From: Sphyrna mokarran
Taxonomy: Eukaryota
NCBI GenBank assembly: GCA_024679065.1
Contig: JAGIQG010000004.1
Coordinates: forward strand, 89,838,001-89,902,000
Reading direction: 5' to 3'
DNA length: 64,000 nt
This document shows, one piece after another, positions 26,361 to 38,979 of this stretch. The notes beneath the pieces were generated by a model that made no database searches, was not told the DNA's origin, and saw only the letters and a list, made by a program, of their open reading frames with translations. The translations under genes and the position numbers were made by a program. Each line of letters starts with the position of its first letter. Positions within the stretch are counted from its first letter, which is position 1.

Positions 26361-27500
26361 ACCATGGAAGACTTCTACAGAAAATGCAGATGTGTGGAAT
26401 AGAGGGTGATTTAGCTAATTGGATTAGGAATTGGCTGGCAGATAGAAGACAGAGGGTGGTGGTTGATGGGAGATATTCATCGTGGAGTTCGGTGACGAGT
26501 GGTGTGCCTCAGGGGTCTGTTTTGGGGCCCCTGCTGTTTGTAATTTTTATAAATGATCTGGATGAGGGTATTGAGGGATGGATCAGTAAATTTGCAGATG
26601 ATACTAAAGTTGGTGGTGTGGTAGATAGTGAAGAGGGGTGTTTTAGTTTACAGAGTGACTTGGACAAGTTGCAGAGCTGGGCCGAGAGGTGGCAAATGGA
26701 GTTTAATGTGGAAAAGTGTGAGGTAATGCACTTTGGCAGGAACAATAAATGTGTAGAGTATAGGGCTAATGGTAGGGCTCTTAATAGTGTTGAGGAACAG
26801 AAGGATCTTGGTGTATGTGTCAATAGATCCCTGAAAGTAGGCAGTCAAGTGGATAAAGTTGTTAAGAAGGCATATGGAGTCTTAGCTTTTATTGGTAGGG
26901 GGATTGAATTTAGGAGCCGCAGCATCATGTTGCAACTGTACAAAACTCTAGTGCGGCCGCACTTGGAGTATTGTGTGCAGTTCTGGTCGCCACATTATAA
27001 GAAAGATGTGGAGGCATTGGAGAGGGTACAGAGGAGGTTTACCAGGATGTTGCCTGGTATGGAGGGCAGGTCCTATGAAGAGAGGTTGAAGGATTTGAGG
27101 TTGTTTTCGTTAGAAAGGAGGCGGCTAAGAGGGGATCTTATTGAAGCATATAAGATGATTAGAGGTTTAGATAGGGTGGACAGTGATAGCCTTTTTCCTA
27201 GGATGGAGAAAGCTAGCACGAGGGGACACAGCTTTAAATTAAGGGGTATGAGTTATAGGACGGATATCAGAGGTAGGTTCTTTACTCAAAGAGTGATTAG
27301 GGAGTGGAATGCCCTGCCTGCAGCTGTTGTAGATGCGCCAAGTTTGGTGGCGTTTAAGAGGTTAGTTGATAAGTATATGGATGAGAAGGGAATGGTTTAG
27401 TTAGGAGGGGCATTGCTTTTTATTTTGGTCGGCACAACATCGAAGGCCGAAGGGCCTGTTCTGTGCTGTATTGTTCTATGTTCTATGTTCTATGTTCTAT
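26361..27500 (+). mobile_element. Young 5'-truncated CR1 LINE with uninterrupted RT C-terminal ORF (26384-27400)
   Basis: GVPQGSVLGP and SKFADDTK, no stops over 338 aa, (TTCTATG)n tail. Confidence 0.96.
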
Positions 27501-27854
27501 TATGCCTGCTCCAAGCATGATTGCAACATATTCCATCAATGCATAGAAACCGAAAAAAAGCATGAACAAAGAGAAAAATATACAACTTCTTCACAGGAGC
27601 CAACTTCAACACTGAAAATTAAATTTATGGAATGACTGAAACATAGGTTAAATAATGTACTGGGGCTTGTATTGTTCAGTCTTGCATATAGATCTGAATA
27701 TTTAGCTGCCACATTTGTGCTCTGCCCACAACAATTTTTGAGATCCAAACCTAGATTTGGATTGATTTCCAGAACAGTTGTCTCCAGAGACTCAGAACTG
27801 TGGGATTCTAGCTGAACAAAACAGAGAAATTACTTTACAACTTCACCATTGCTG

Positions 27855-28966
27855 ATTTGATTTGATTTGATTTATTGTTATCACATATATTAGTATGCGG
27901 TGAAAAGTATTGTTTCTTGGATACTATACAGATAAAGCATACCAATCTAGAGAAGGAAAGGAGAAAGGACAGAATGTCATGTTATAATCATAGCTAGGGT
28001 GTAGAGGAAGATCAAATTAGTGTGGGATGGGTCCATTCAAAAGACAGCAGGGAAGAAGCTGAGTCGGTTGGTACATGTCCTCAGACTTTTGTAACCTTTT
28101 TCTCGGTGGAAGAAGGTGGAAGGTAGTATGATCTGGGGTGCATGGGGTCCTTGATTACGCTGGCTGCTTTTCCGAGACAGCAAGTGTAAATATTATCAGT
28201 GGATGCGAGGCTGGTTTGCGTGATGAAATGGGCTTCATTCGTGACCCTTTGTACTTTCTTGTGGTCTTGGACAAAGCAGGAGTCACACCAAGCTGTGCTA
28301 TGACCAGAAAGAATACTTTCTATGGTGCATCTGTAAAATTTGGTGAGAATTGTAGCAGTTATGCCAAATTTCCTTTGTTTCCTGAGAAAGTAGAGACATT
28401 GGTGGGCTTTCTTAACTATAGTATCCTCATAGAGGTACTAGGACAGGTTGTTGGTGATCTGGACACCTAAAAACTTTCAACTATTTTTACTTAATCCCAT
28501 TAATGTAGACAGGGACATGTTCTTTACTACACTTCATGAGACCGATGACTATCTCCTTCATTTTGTTGACATTGAGGGAGAGATTATTGTCGTTGCACCA
28601 GTTTATCAGATTCTCTTATTTCTTGTATTCCGTCTCACCATTGTTTGAGATCCGACCCACACAGTTGTGTCATTGGCAAACTTGAAAATTGAAGTAGAGG
28701 GGAATTTGGCCACACAGTCAAAGGAGCATAAGGAGTATAGTAAGTGGCTAAGGCCACAGCCTTATGGAGTATTAGTGTTAAGGACGATTGAGGAGGAGAT
28801 GTTAGTGCACATCTTTATTGATTGCAGTCTGTGGGTCTAGGATTCAATTGCAGACTGAGAAGCTGAGTCCCAGGGCACAAAGTTTGGAGATGAGTCTTGT
28901 TGGAATGATGGAGTTAAAGGCTGAGCTGTAATCTATGAATGACAGTCTGACATAAGCATCTTTGTT
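27855..28966 (-). mobile_element. Rex1/Babar-like LINE with 7-bp TSD
   Basis: [18 protein letters not shown], attgctg at 27848 and 28967, (ATCAA)n tail. Confidence 0.88.
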
Positions 28967-29461
28967 ATTGCTGGCCACATATTTTAAAATTAATGTTAAT
29001 TGGTCCACATGACTCATATCTGATGTTGAATCAACTATTATGCAATAGTGTTTGGCATCTTTTACTTCATTAATGAATTGGTTTCTGAGCTGCTCTGTTA
29101 TTAGAGATGAATTCATCGCAGGCTCTGTGTGTTAAAATGTTAGTCTTCCCTGAGTCACAATATTGATAACCTTTCAAATATTTTTCGAGAAGCTCATAGA
29201 ATTCTCTGAAATATTCAAGGCAGGCTAAAAAAAAAAAATACCCCTTCGAATTGACACTAATGATTCATCATGTGTCAGGGATTAACAGAGTAAATAAGCG
29301 GGTTACAGGAATAGAGCTTGGCTGGTATTGTGGTCGGGTGCAGATTCAATGAGTCAAATGGCCTCCTTCTGCACTGCAGGAATCCTATGATTCTCTGATT
29401 CTATGCCTCAATAAAGGTAGTCTCAAGGAAGATAGCACTTTCACTGAAGCAACATCACATC

Positions 29462-29762
29462 TCATAGAATTCTAAATATAGAAGGAGGCCATTTGGTCCA
29501 TCATGTCTATACCAACCACAATCCCACCCAGGCCCTATCCCCATTCCCCCATAATCTCATGCATTTGCCCTGCTAATCCTCCTGACACCAAGGAGTAATT
29601 TAACATGGCCAATCCACTTAACCCTTACATCTTTGGACTGTGGGTGGAAACTGGAGCATCCAGAGGAAACCCCCACGGACACCGGGAGATTGTGCAAATT
29701 CTACCCAGACATTGACCCAAGCTGGAAATCAATGCGAGTCCCTGAAGCTGAGAAGCAGCAGT
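29462..29762 (-). mobile_element. HE1-like SINE (plus a plus-strand SINE tail at 29272-29405)
   Basis: Family motifs. Confidence 0.85.
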
Positions 29763-30247
29763 ATACTTTCCTCCAATAAAAACATTCCTTTTTCAAACTG
29801 AGTCGATAACACAGAATTCAATCTTCCAGATGATTTACACCTTTGAACAAATGCACACATTGGACAGGATTTTACAACCTTGCTCATTCTGAAACCATAA
29901 AATACCACCCAGGATCAATGGACTTTCCATTGTCTGCCCCAACTCATTCCAATTCTCATGGCGGGCAGGGGAGGTGGGGGGGGGGGTAGTACAATTCTGG
30001 CCAGAGATTTAAGCTGACTTTTGAAAGTTTCATGATCAGCAAGGTATCTTCCAACATTTCTCCAGTTAGAGTACGCATTGATGAATGCTTGTTTCCCTTT
30101 ATGGGACAGGGATTAATTTGCAAATATAACAATAGATTGCCTAGAGTTTTATGGAAAAAAAAATCAATCCTAATTTCTTGCATGCTATTTCTTTCCACCT
30201 TGGCCTCACACTTCTTGCCTAACCTGCCTCAGCACAAGTTGGGATAG

Positions 30248-30512
30248 AAGCTTCACAGCACCGGGGACCTGGGTTCAATTCCCAACTTGGGTCACTGTCT
30301 GTGTGGAGTTTGCATTTTCTCCCCATTTCTGTGTGGATTTCCTCTAGACGCTCTGGTTTTCTTCCACATTCTGAAAGGTTGTGAATTTTTCACAACATGA
30401 AAAATTAGTGCTAGTTAAGTGCACAGGCACTGGACTATGGCAACTAGGGGAATTTGACAGTAACTTCATTGCATGTTAATGTAAGCCTTAGTTGTGATTA
30501 ATAAATAAACTT
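30248..30512 (+). mobile_element. Type B SINE
   Basis: B box gggttcaattcc and type B tail. Confidence 0.85.
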
Positions 30513-31770
30513 TAAAACTTGTTCATTTGACAACCTTGCTCTTGGTTCAGGCTTGACTATCTGACCTCCTTACATCATTTCCCAGATCTCCTCAGACCTG
30601 CTAGTCTGGTTGAGGCACTCCGCTACTTCCCTTGACAACTATTGGTATCTCCTTGGCTTTCATCTCTGCTCAACAACATGGAAGTTGAGAGTTGCTTCCC
30701 CTTGATGGCTGCTGGCCAGCACTTACCCTCCTCACTTGACCCTCACAAGCGCACAAACCTCCGAGATAAATTCATGACCTCACTGTTGGCTTGGGCTGAC
30801 TGCCTACCTATCTGCCCCTATCTGCCTGGTTAAGAAATATGAACTACTGCTGTTTTTAAAAAATATGAGACCTTCATTACTGCTGCTCTCTCCTCCAAAG
30901 TCACCAAACAATCTTGCACACTGCTTTCTCGCTTTGTTGGGTCTCTACCAATTAGAGCCCAATGTTGCTTTGCATTGGTTGCTGATAGGCTCATTTATAT
31001 TTCTTGAGCCTATCAGCAAATTCAGAGCTCTCAATCTCTAGTGCTGCAAAGCCACTGGCCCACATGGCCTTCTCACATTGGTTAGCGTCTGGTGCCTCAG
31101 CATGAAGTCTTTTAAGTTCACTTCTGGTTTAAATGTTTTATTATCCAAGCTGTGAGCCTACGTGTGGTCATTCATATTCCTGAAAACGTCCTTGATGTAT
31201 TTCCTGTTTATCTCCAATTGTTTCCATTTTTAATCAAAGTGATTTGAAATTTTATTTGAGGAATGGATTTTTAAAGCCTATTTTTCTAATTTGCTGAGTA
31301 GGATTCAAGAATGATTTCTGAATAAATAGGTAGAGACAATACCATAATAAAAGCTTTTAAAAATCCTTTTCTTATGCATTGTCTTATCTTTCCTTCCTTC
31401 ATGTGAAAATAATTTGAAAAGCTTTCAGATTACTTAAAGCATGGTACGGATAATATCTATTTCACATTTATTGAAACCAAAACTGTTGACTTGAGCTGCC
31501 CATGTGCTATAAGGCATTTGGATAAAAATGGCTGCACATGAATATGTTTCCACTTTCTCAATTCTAAAATATGAGCCCCGAAATACATATGAATTCTGTC
31601 TATTTAATCATATATTTCCTTCACTGCTGCTTTGGCTTGGAGGCATGTGAAATTAAAGCAGGTGTTAGTAAGCGGTTGAGCACAGCAAATTACGTGCCTT
31701 TTTAAATTTACCTCTCTCCCAGTTCAAAACATTTTCAAACATATATCTCCATGTGTTTTTTGTGTAACAG

Positions 31771-31987
31771 TGGAAACAGCCTACAGTCCCATCATTGTCA
31801 ATGGGTTTTCCTATTGTTCATACCCTCTGCTGCCTGCGGATCCCCACACAAGGTTTGTCAAGGGGACTGGAAGGTCCTACTGGTGGGAATGGCTGAAAGA
31901 TTTGGCCGCTGTTTGTTATCAGAATGTTGACCTTGCAGTATCCGTTCTGTTCAGAGTTAATACTGATAAGTATTACAAGGGATTATT
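31771..31987 (+). CDS. Candidate 217-nt internal coding exon, unknown gene
   Basis: Acceptor tgttttttgtgtaacag|, donor ATT|gtaagc, single open frame (ETAYSPIIVNG...SYWWEWLKDL...KYYKGL) whose stop falls in the donor. Confidence 0.55.
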
Positions 31988-32029
31988 GTAAGCAAATAGA
32001 GATAGCTTAACTAATACGTTGTTCTATTG

Positions 32030-33155
32030 TATGTGTTAGGAAGAAGGTACAAGTTTAAGTTCAAACTTAATTTGTGTTTCTGTTAACAAAAACCCTTAAC
32101 TTCATGTTTAACTTCATGTTTAACTTCATGTTTAACTTCATGTTTAACTTCATGTTTAACTTCATGTTTAACTTCATGTTTAACTTCATGTTTAAATAAA
32201 AGGTGACTGCAAGTCTGTAGCTTTAGGTTACACTTTAAATTCTGCCTGCATTCTAATGAGTTTCAGTTTAGATCCGGGTAACTAAGAAACAATTCACAGA
32301 TAGCAGCAGAACTGGCAGGAAAAATGCACAGAAAGCCAATCCTAAGCTTAAGCATAGAAAATCCCAGAAAACAAAGAATGAAACAGTGGAAGGATCCAGG
32401 ATGACAGTAAGGTTAAAGGAATAAGGTCCTATTCAGTAAAGTTAAACCATGGTGCAAGGAAAAAGCTCTGAAGCAGAGACAGCCACTGGAACCAGATTTA
32501 AATTCAGCTATATGAGAAGTCTGATATCCAATTTTATCAAAGATAGGTGACACCTTAATGCACCTTGAGAAGCAGTAGTAGTGGTGTGGTTGGATACCTG
32601 AGAAATTGTGTGGAAGCTTGAATGTATATGGCAATCCAAGGAGAGGTTGAAAGCTTGGAGGTGGATCCTTGCTGAAGGCATCCAAAAGAAGGTGTTGTTT
32701 AGGAGAAGATTCCAAGGCATGTTCTTTGAGAGCAGAGATTGGTAAACCTGATATATAAGTCTGAGTTCCAGTAAGATCTGTTGGCTCACAGTGTAGCAAG
32801 CATTTGGAGGAAATTGATGGGAAAGTGCAGAAATTGTATTAGAGGACATCTGTCACATAGTTTCAGAATGTGGAGTGTCTGACAACATATTTGTCTATAG
32901 GTTTACATGGACTATATACATATCATAAATATAGAGTATAAGTTAAATTTTAGTAAATAGTGTTATCCTTATAAATCTGCATGTATCTGTAAAAGTATCG
33001 CAAAGGTATCATTTTTTTTAATCAAATAAATGTTTTATGATTTTGTTAAATGTTCGCTGACAGCCCTGTGACTGTTCATCCATGCATCTAAACAAAAAAC
33101 AGAAGTTAGGACATATCAAGTCAGGTTACATCTTTGAGTCTGACCTGTCCAGTAC
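32030..33155 (+). mobile_element. Possible solo LTR-like repeat
   Basis: Purine-rich body with AATAAA near the 3' end, boundaries uncertain. Confidence 0.3.
32096..32195. repeat. Perfect 12-bp tandem repeat (TTAACTTCATGT) x ~8.3
   Basis: Read directly. Confidence 0.98.
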
Positions 33156-33327
33156 AAAAAATGAAGCCATGCCTTTGGTTTCATTTCATATTACACCTGG
33201 GCCACCTAGATAAATAATCGTGAATCCACTCAAAATTAAGTCCAACAGATTCTATGCAATTCTTGTTACGGAAAGAGGAAAGGTTTTCTGTTCTATTTCA
33301 TCGACAGTGCAGGAATGAGACCCTCGT

Positions 33328-33612
33328 GGGCAGCATGGTGACACACTGGTTAGCAGTGCTGCTCCATAGTGCCAGGGACCTCAGTTCAATTCTGGCCTGG
33401 GTAACTGTGTCCAGTTTGTGTCTCATGTCTGCATGGGTTTCCTCCGGATGCTCCGGTTTCATCCCAGAGTCCAGAAATGTGTGGGTTAGGTTAATTGGAC
33501 ATGCAGGGTAAGTATGTGGGGTTACAGGGCTCAGACCTGGATGGCGTTGTTGTTGGTGCAAGCTCAATGGGCCAAATGGCCTCCATCTGCACTGTAGGGA
33601 TTCTATTCTATA
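33328..33612 (+). mobile_element. HE1-like SINE
   Basis: gggcagcatggt head and gattctattcta tail. Confidence 0.88.
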
Positions 33613-34034
33613 CTGAGATTTTGTCTAAGAATTTAGTGCCTAAACTGTGAGCTTGTTGCAATTTATGCTGACTGAATCTGAACTGCCTTATTATTTCAGG
33701 CCTTTTCCAGTACTTTTTGCTGGTTAATTACTGCAGCCTTGGTACCAGTCTGATTGCACTGAGTGTATTCCACATTTTATCCTAGTTTCACAGAGCATTA
33801 ACCCCCTCAGTATCTTCGAGCCATGTAGCTTGGACCTGTGAGTCAACAAACCTTCAGCTCCAAAGAAACATCATCCTCCCATCCTTGACCTCACAATTCA
33901 TCTAAAAGGAGGGAGGCTATTCCCTGCCACGTACTGCACATATTTTGAAACACAGACAACAGCCAAACTAATTCACCAGAACTTTGGCTGTCACCATTCC
34001 TTTCAGAGCAGCAGTCTTCCCATCATAGAATATA

Positions 34035-34232
34035 TTCTCCTCGTATCTGCATGGGTTTCCTCTGGGTGCTCCTGGTTTCTCCCACAGTCCAAAAGGCATG
34101 CTGGTAAGGCCATGCCAAATTCTTCCTCAGTGTACCCGAACAGGCACCAGAGTGTGGCAACAAGGGGATTTTCACGGTAACTTCATTGCAGTATTAATGT
34201 AAGCCTATTTGTGACACTAATAAATAAATAAG
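34035..34232 (+). mobile_element. 5'-truncated type B SINE
   Basis: Tail ...tgtgacactaataaataaataa. Confidence 0.85.
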
Positions 34233-34485
34233 AATAATGCTGTTTCATTGTGTACATTTCCAATACTTGTGAAGGTGACGGGGAGGAACTGGAAGTACAC
34301 AATATGGAGTATTAGCCCTCCATGCCACCATAGGAACACTTGCAAGGGTGAGAACAGCCTTCATTTTGCACAACTTGTAAGATCAAGGGTTATATTTATC
34401 ACTGAAAGAGTGGAAGGAAAGACTTTCAGGTAAGACTGAGATTTAATGAGTTTGGATCAGCTTGTTTAAAATAGAACTGAATTAT

Positions 34486-34796
34486 GACACAGTGGCACAG
34501 TGGTTAGCACTGCTGCCTTACAGCGGCAGGGACCTAGATTTGATTCCTGGCTTGGGTCACTATCTGTCTGGAGTTTGCATGTTCTCGCAATGTCTGCGTG
34601 TGTTTCTTCTGGGTGCTTTGGTTTCCTCCCACACTCCAAAGATGTGCGGGTTAGGTGGATTGCTCATGCTAAAATTGCTCCTTGGTGTTAGGGGTACTAG
34701 CAATGGATAGGGTTATGGGGATAGAGCCCGTGTAGAATTGTGGGTGGTGCAGACTCGATGGGCCAAGTGGCCTCCTTCTGTGCTGTAGAATTCTAC
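34486..34796 (+). mobile_element. HE1-like SINE
   Basis: Full head and tail. Confidence 0.9.
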
Positions 34797-35699
34797 AACA
34801 TTAAAACTATTCTTTCAACTCTATTTTTTCCATTTTTGCTTCTTCTTTAAAATAAGGTGTACTGCTCCCTAAAGGAATTGAATGTGAATAACAGATAACA
34901 AAGTACAAAGCACATACCTGAAGGTCAAAATGGCACAAAGCATGAAATAATTCAACAATGCAGAGCTCATGGAGAGAACAATGTAATCTTTGTGCTCAAG
35001 TGACAAAAGCTCATCAAATGATATTTGACTTCCATAGTCTTAACACGCACTGTCTAATCTTTTTTTAGCAAGCAGCCTCCGGACTTGCCTCTGGCAAGCT
35101 GTGATGGAATTGTCATGTAGAGAACAGAGATAAGGAAATCAGCATTGAGACATTCTCAAGTGTTATTTAACTGCTCTAAGTGGTTGACAGTATAGATCAA
35201 AAATGACAATGGCAATTATTTGTATGATTCATCTTGTTTTGTGGCAGTTTAACTCTTCCAGCCACCATTTCTTGACCAAAACAGCCCAAAGCACTGAAAG
35301 GCTGATTTTATCAAATTACGCATCCATCCCACAATTGCACAGCGAGTGTGATTTTGTAAAATTGACCCTAAAGTATTAAACTGCATCAATTTCAGTTGGA
35401 GAAAGTTACAATTAAGTGATTTATACAGGTAGGAAGTGAAATCTTTGCGTACTTATTGATGTCTTTGCTAGCATATTGTTTCCATGTTAAACTTTTGGTT
35501 CGAAACAATTTGGAGCTAATATTTTGTATTGAATTCTCCATTATAAAATTTTGCCTCATGAAATATAGAAGTCAGTAACAGCAAAGAAAAGCACAAAACT
35601 GATTGAAACAATTTCAAAACTAAAGCATCTGTTTATTTTTAAGAGGGAGGTAAATAAAAATGCTGCAATAAAATCTCCAATTCTCATATAAGTAGAAAG

Positions 35700-36150
35700 A
35701 AAGACTGAATAGGCTGGGCTTTTACTCACTGGAATTTAGAAGAATGAAAGGGGGGGATCTTATTAGAAATGTACAAAATCACGATGGGACTGAGTAGGCT
35801 GGATATGGGAAGAATGTTCCAGATGTTGGGGAAGTCCAGAATAGGGATCACAGTTTAAGTATAAGGAGTAAACTCTTCAGGACTGAGAAGAGGAAGAACT
35901 TCTTCACTCAGAGTTGTGAACCTGTGGAATTCTCTGCCACAGAAAGCTGTTGGGGCTAGTTTGTTAGATATGTTCAAGGTGGAGCGGGACGTAACGCTTG
36001 TGGCTAGAGGGATCAAGGGTTTTGAGAGAAAGTGAGAGCAGAATATTGAATGAGAATGGTCAGCTATGGTCATACTGAATGGTGATGCAGGCTTGAAGGG
36101 CCGAATGGCTTACTCCTGCACCTATTTTCTAAGTTTTTGTGTTTCTATGA
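35700..36150 (+). mobile_element. CR1 LINE 3' end
   Basis: RLGFYSLEFRR..., RVVNLWNSLPQ and the 3' UTR. Confidence 0.88.
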
Positions 36151-36809
36151 TCTGGCTTCTGAATACAATCATACACAGATCTGAATGAACCATTGGAGCT
36201 CAGTTTATTTAAAGAAAGGTTCTGTTGGTTTTGATGCGTGTTAATCTCATCTGTTTAGAAAAGCAGTTAAAACTGGAACTTGCAGGATCAGTTTGGAATG
36301 TTAGCAGATGTGTTCCATGCAGAATTTTAACAGGGCACTTGCAGTTTCCTCCAAGAAGAAAAATTTGTCTCTAAAATTTGGTGCACATTGTGGATACATC
36401 TGTCAGTATAGAATGTGCACAATGTCAGATGGAACAGATTAAAGTTAAAGCTAGCAGGTAAATTTGATCATCAGATTTGCATGCTCCTATAATCTGTAAC
36501 TCATGGTCTGATATGTTCTTGATTCTTTGATTGCCGCCAGGCCCAGACAGTAATGCTGGTTCAATGTGGAATATGCAATGGAGCACAAGATGTGTCTTAG
36601 AATGAGATGTGAAGTGTTATCACACAAGTCCACCTGTATGCTGAAAAACAAAATGTGAGAACTCTTTGGAGAGGTAAATAAACTCAAAGCGAATGCATCA
36701 AAACCTTTTAGTCCTTGTAACTGGAATAAGAGAAATATACAGTTTATCTAGATTTCTACATAGCAAAATGCATCATTAGTGCAGTGCATTAGTAAAATGC
36801 ACCATTAGA

Positions 36810-37436
36810 CAAAGTAGAAAGGATTGAGAGCTTCGAGTTTTTAGGTGTCCAGACCACCAACAAACTGTCCTAGTCCCTGTATGCTGACATTATAGTAAAG
36901 AAAGCTCACCAATGCCTCTAGTTTCTCAGAAGACTAAGGAAATTTGGTATATCAGCAATAATTCTCACGAACTTCTAAAGCACTATAGAAAGCATTCTTT
37001 CTGGTTGTATCGCAGCTTGGTATGGCTCCTGCTGTGCTCAAGACAACAAAAGGTCATGAATGTTGTCCAACCCATGGTGCAAACCAATCTCCCATCCATG
37101 GACTCTGTCTAACTTCCCACTGCCTCAGCAAAGTGGCCAGTATAACTAAGGATTTCACACAACATGGACATTCTCTTCCACCTTCTTCCATTGGGAAAGA
37201 GATACAAAAGTCTGAGGTCTTGTATCAACTGACTCAAGAACAGCTTATTACCTGCTGCCATCAGACCTTTGAATGGACCTACCTTGCATTAAGTTGATCT
37301 TTCTCCACACTTTAGCTATACCTGTAACTGTATATTCTGCACTCTCTCGTTTCCTTCTCTATGAACGGTATGTATAGTGCACAAGAAACAATACTTTTCA
37401 CTTTTCACTAATACATGTGACAATCATAAATCAAAT
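36810..37436 (+). mobile_element. Rex1/Babar-like LINE 3' part
   Basis: Homologous to 11660-12310. Confidence 0.85.
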
Positions 37437-37658
37437 AGTTTGTAAGTTTAACTCATTCACCTAAATGGCAAATTATTTACCTTAGCTCCTGTTATCCAGA
37501 ATAAAAGAAACTTTAACCAGGAAACTCAGAATAATTGATTTATTATAAAACAAAGCTAATTTTTTACAAGTTGAAAGAGCTAGTTAGCAAACTGTACACT
37601 GGGAAGTTTAACTATCTTTCCCTTTGGAAAAATACTCCAGCATATATGCACATTTGTG

Positions 37659-37661
<3 letters not shown>

Positions 37662-37695
<34 letters not shown>
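37662..37695. repeat. (CA)n microsatellite
   Basis: Read directly. Confidence 0.97.
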
Positions 37696-37697
<2 letters not shown>

Positions 37698-38979
37698 GTG
37701 CATGTGTACTCATATATGCACACGCACACGCAAACAGACAAGGACAGATGATGGTGGAATTCTCCAATCTTGTGTGTGCCCACCCTCCTGTCAGTGAGAG
37801 CAGAGAATTTGATGTTCCAGCCAAAATGCCATTCACTTTCAGCAGCAACAGGAAGCCCCAATATGAATGTGATTGGAGGTTTTTGGCCAATGTCTCTGTA
37901 AAATTGGGCTTTGGGGGAAAGGTTTTATGAAATAAAGGATAATGTTTGCAGGGATTTAATGCTCTCAGTCTGGAGCTCCCTTGTGTGAAGATGAGACTGC
38001 TGGTCACTGTAGCTGTCTGCAGGTTCTTGGCAGTGGAGTTTCAACATAGAGCTGGATTAAAACTTATTGTCTCAGCTCCTCAGGTTCCGAAATATGGACA
38101 AGTAATATGCAGATGAGGATTCTCTGGCTGCAGGCTGATGATCACACTTGGAATTTCAGGCAAGGCAGGGAGAGGGTTACTTTGGGCAGCTTTCCTTCTC
38201 AGCCTATTCCCCAAGGAAACTGATTTCGTAAACAACAGGTCCAAAACCTAAAACTTGTCTCTGTCACTGATTCCCAGTAAATCAATAGCCTTTGCCAGTT
38301 TCTTTATTCCCATCAATTGAAATGATTGCAATGCAACCACGCACACGGCTCATTCCTCTCAAGCACCATGCTGTCCAGATGATTTTTATTTGGAAAATTC
38401 AAGCTTGTTGACAGTTCAAGCTGAACTTATGACCTTCTTTAAAATAAATCCTTTTGTCCAAAATGTACAGTGTCCTTCTATGTTTTTAAAAGAAAATTAT
38501 AATTTTGAAAGGTACGTTCCTAACATCCCATACAGTTCTTTGAGAATGCTGGTGTACAATTAGGCAACCAATAGGAGAAGCACAGTTCACAAACATTTTC
38601 TTCCTCAACCATGCTGAAGTTGAGCACAAGCATAAGAAGCAAGGCTACAGTTTTCTATGCCAAAAATACAGAGTATACAATGCCAACCCTAATCCTCTTC
38701 ACAAATTCTGAACCATTACGAATGCCTGTGTCCTGCTAATTTAGTTCACTGTGTATGAAATTAAGCGGTTGTTGAGTGCACTGCAAATAGCAAACATTGT
38801 AGTCCTTATAGTACATTACCTATAGTGCTGGAGGCTCAGCACTGGACTAGCCAGTACTTTAACAAAGCTATTTCAGCAGGAAGGCAAATAATATGTGGGC
38901 TTTTATTGTCAGTGGATTTGAGTACAGGAGTAAATAAATTCTACTGTAGTTGCAAAACCACATAGTTATCCATTACTGA

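Larger units (their letters stand above)
22080..31000 (-). pseudogene. Decayed hAT (ZMYM1-like) transposase fragmented by nested insertions
   Basis: Collinear minus-strand motifs [44 protein letters not shown] and FPKVETILKTFLTIPVKNASNEHSFS (dimerization domain). Confidence 0.85.

Noticed and set aside
26384-27400. 338-aa reverse transcriptase ORF as a retron, DGR or domesticated gene
   Set aside because: It is the C-terminal part of a 5'-truncated CR1 LINE with the typical UTR and tail, and many decayed paralogues are nearby.
28844-29116. Apparent transposase-RT fusion ORF
   Set aside because: A chance in-frame junction where a Rex/Babar LINE inserted into the hAT, with a visible TSD.
32096-32195. 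CRISPR-like array
   Set aside because: Head-to-tail 12-mers with no spacers, in eukaryotic DNA.
37535-38007. 131-aa ORFs with HT/VC repeats
   Set aside because: Produced by the (CA)n microsatellite.
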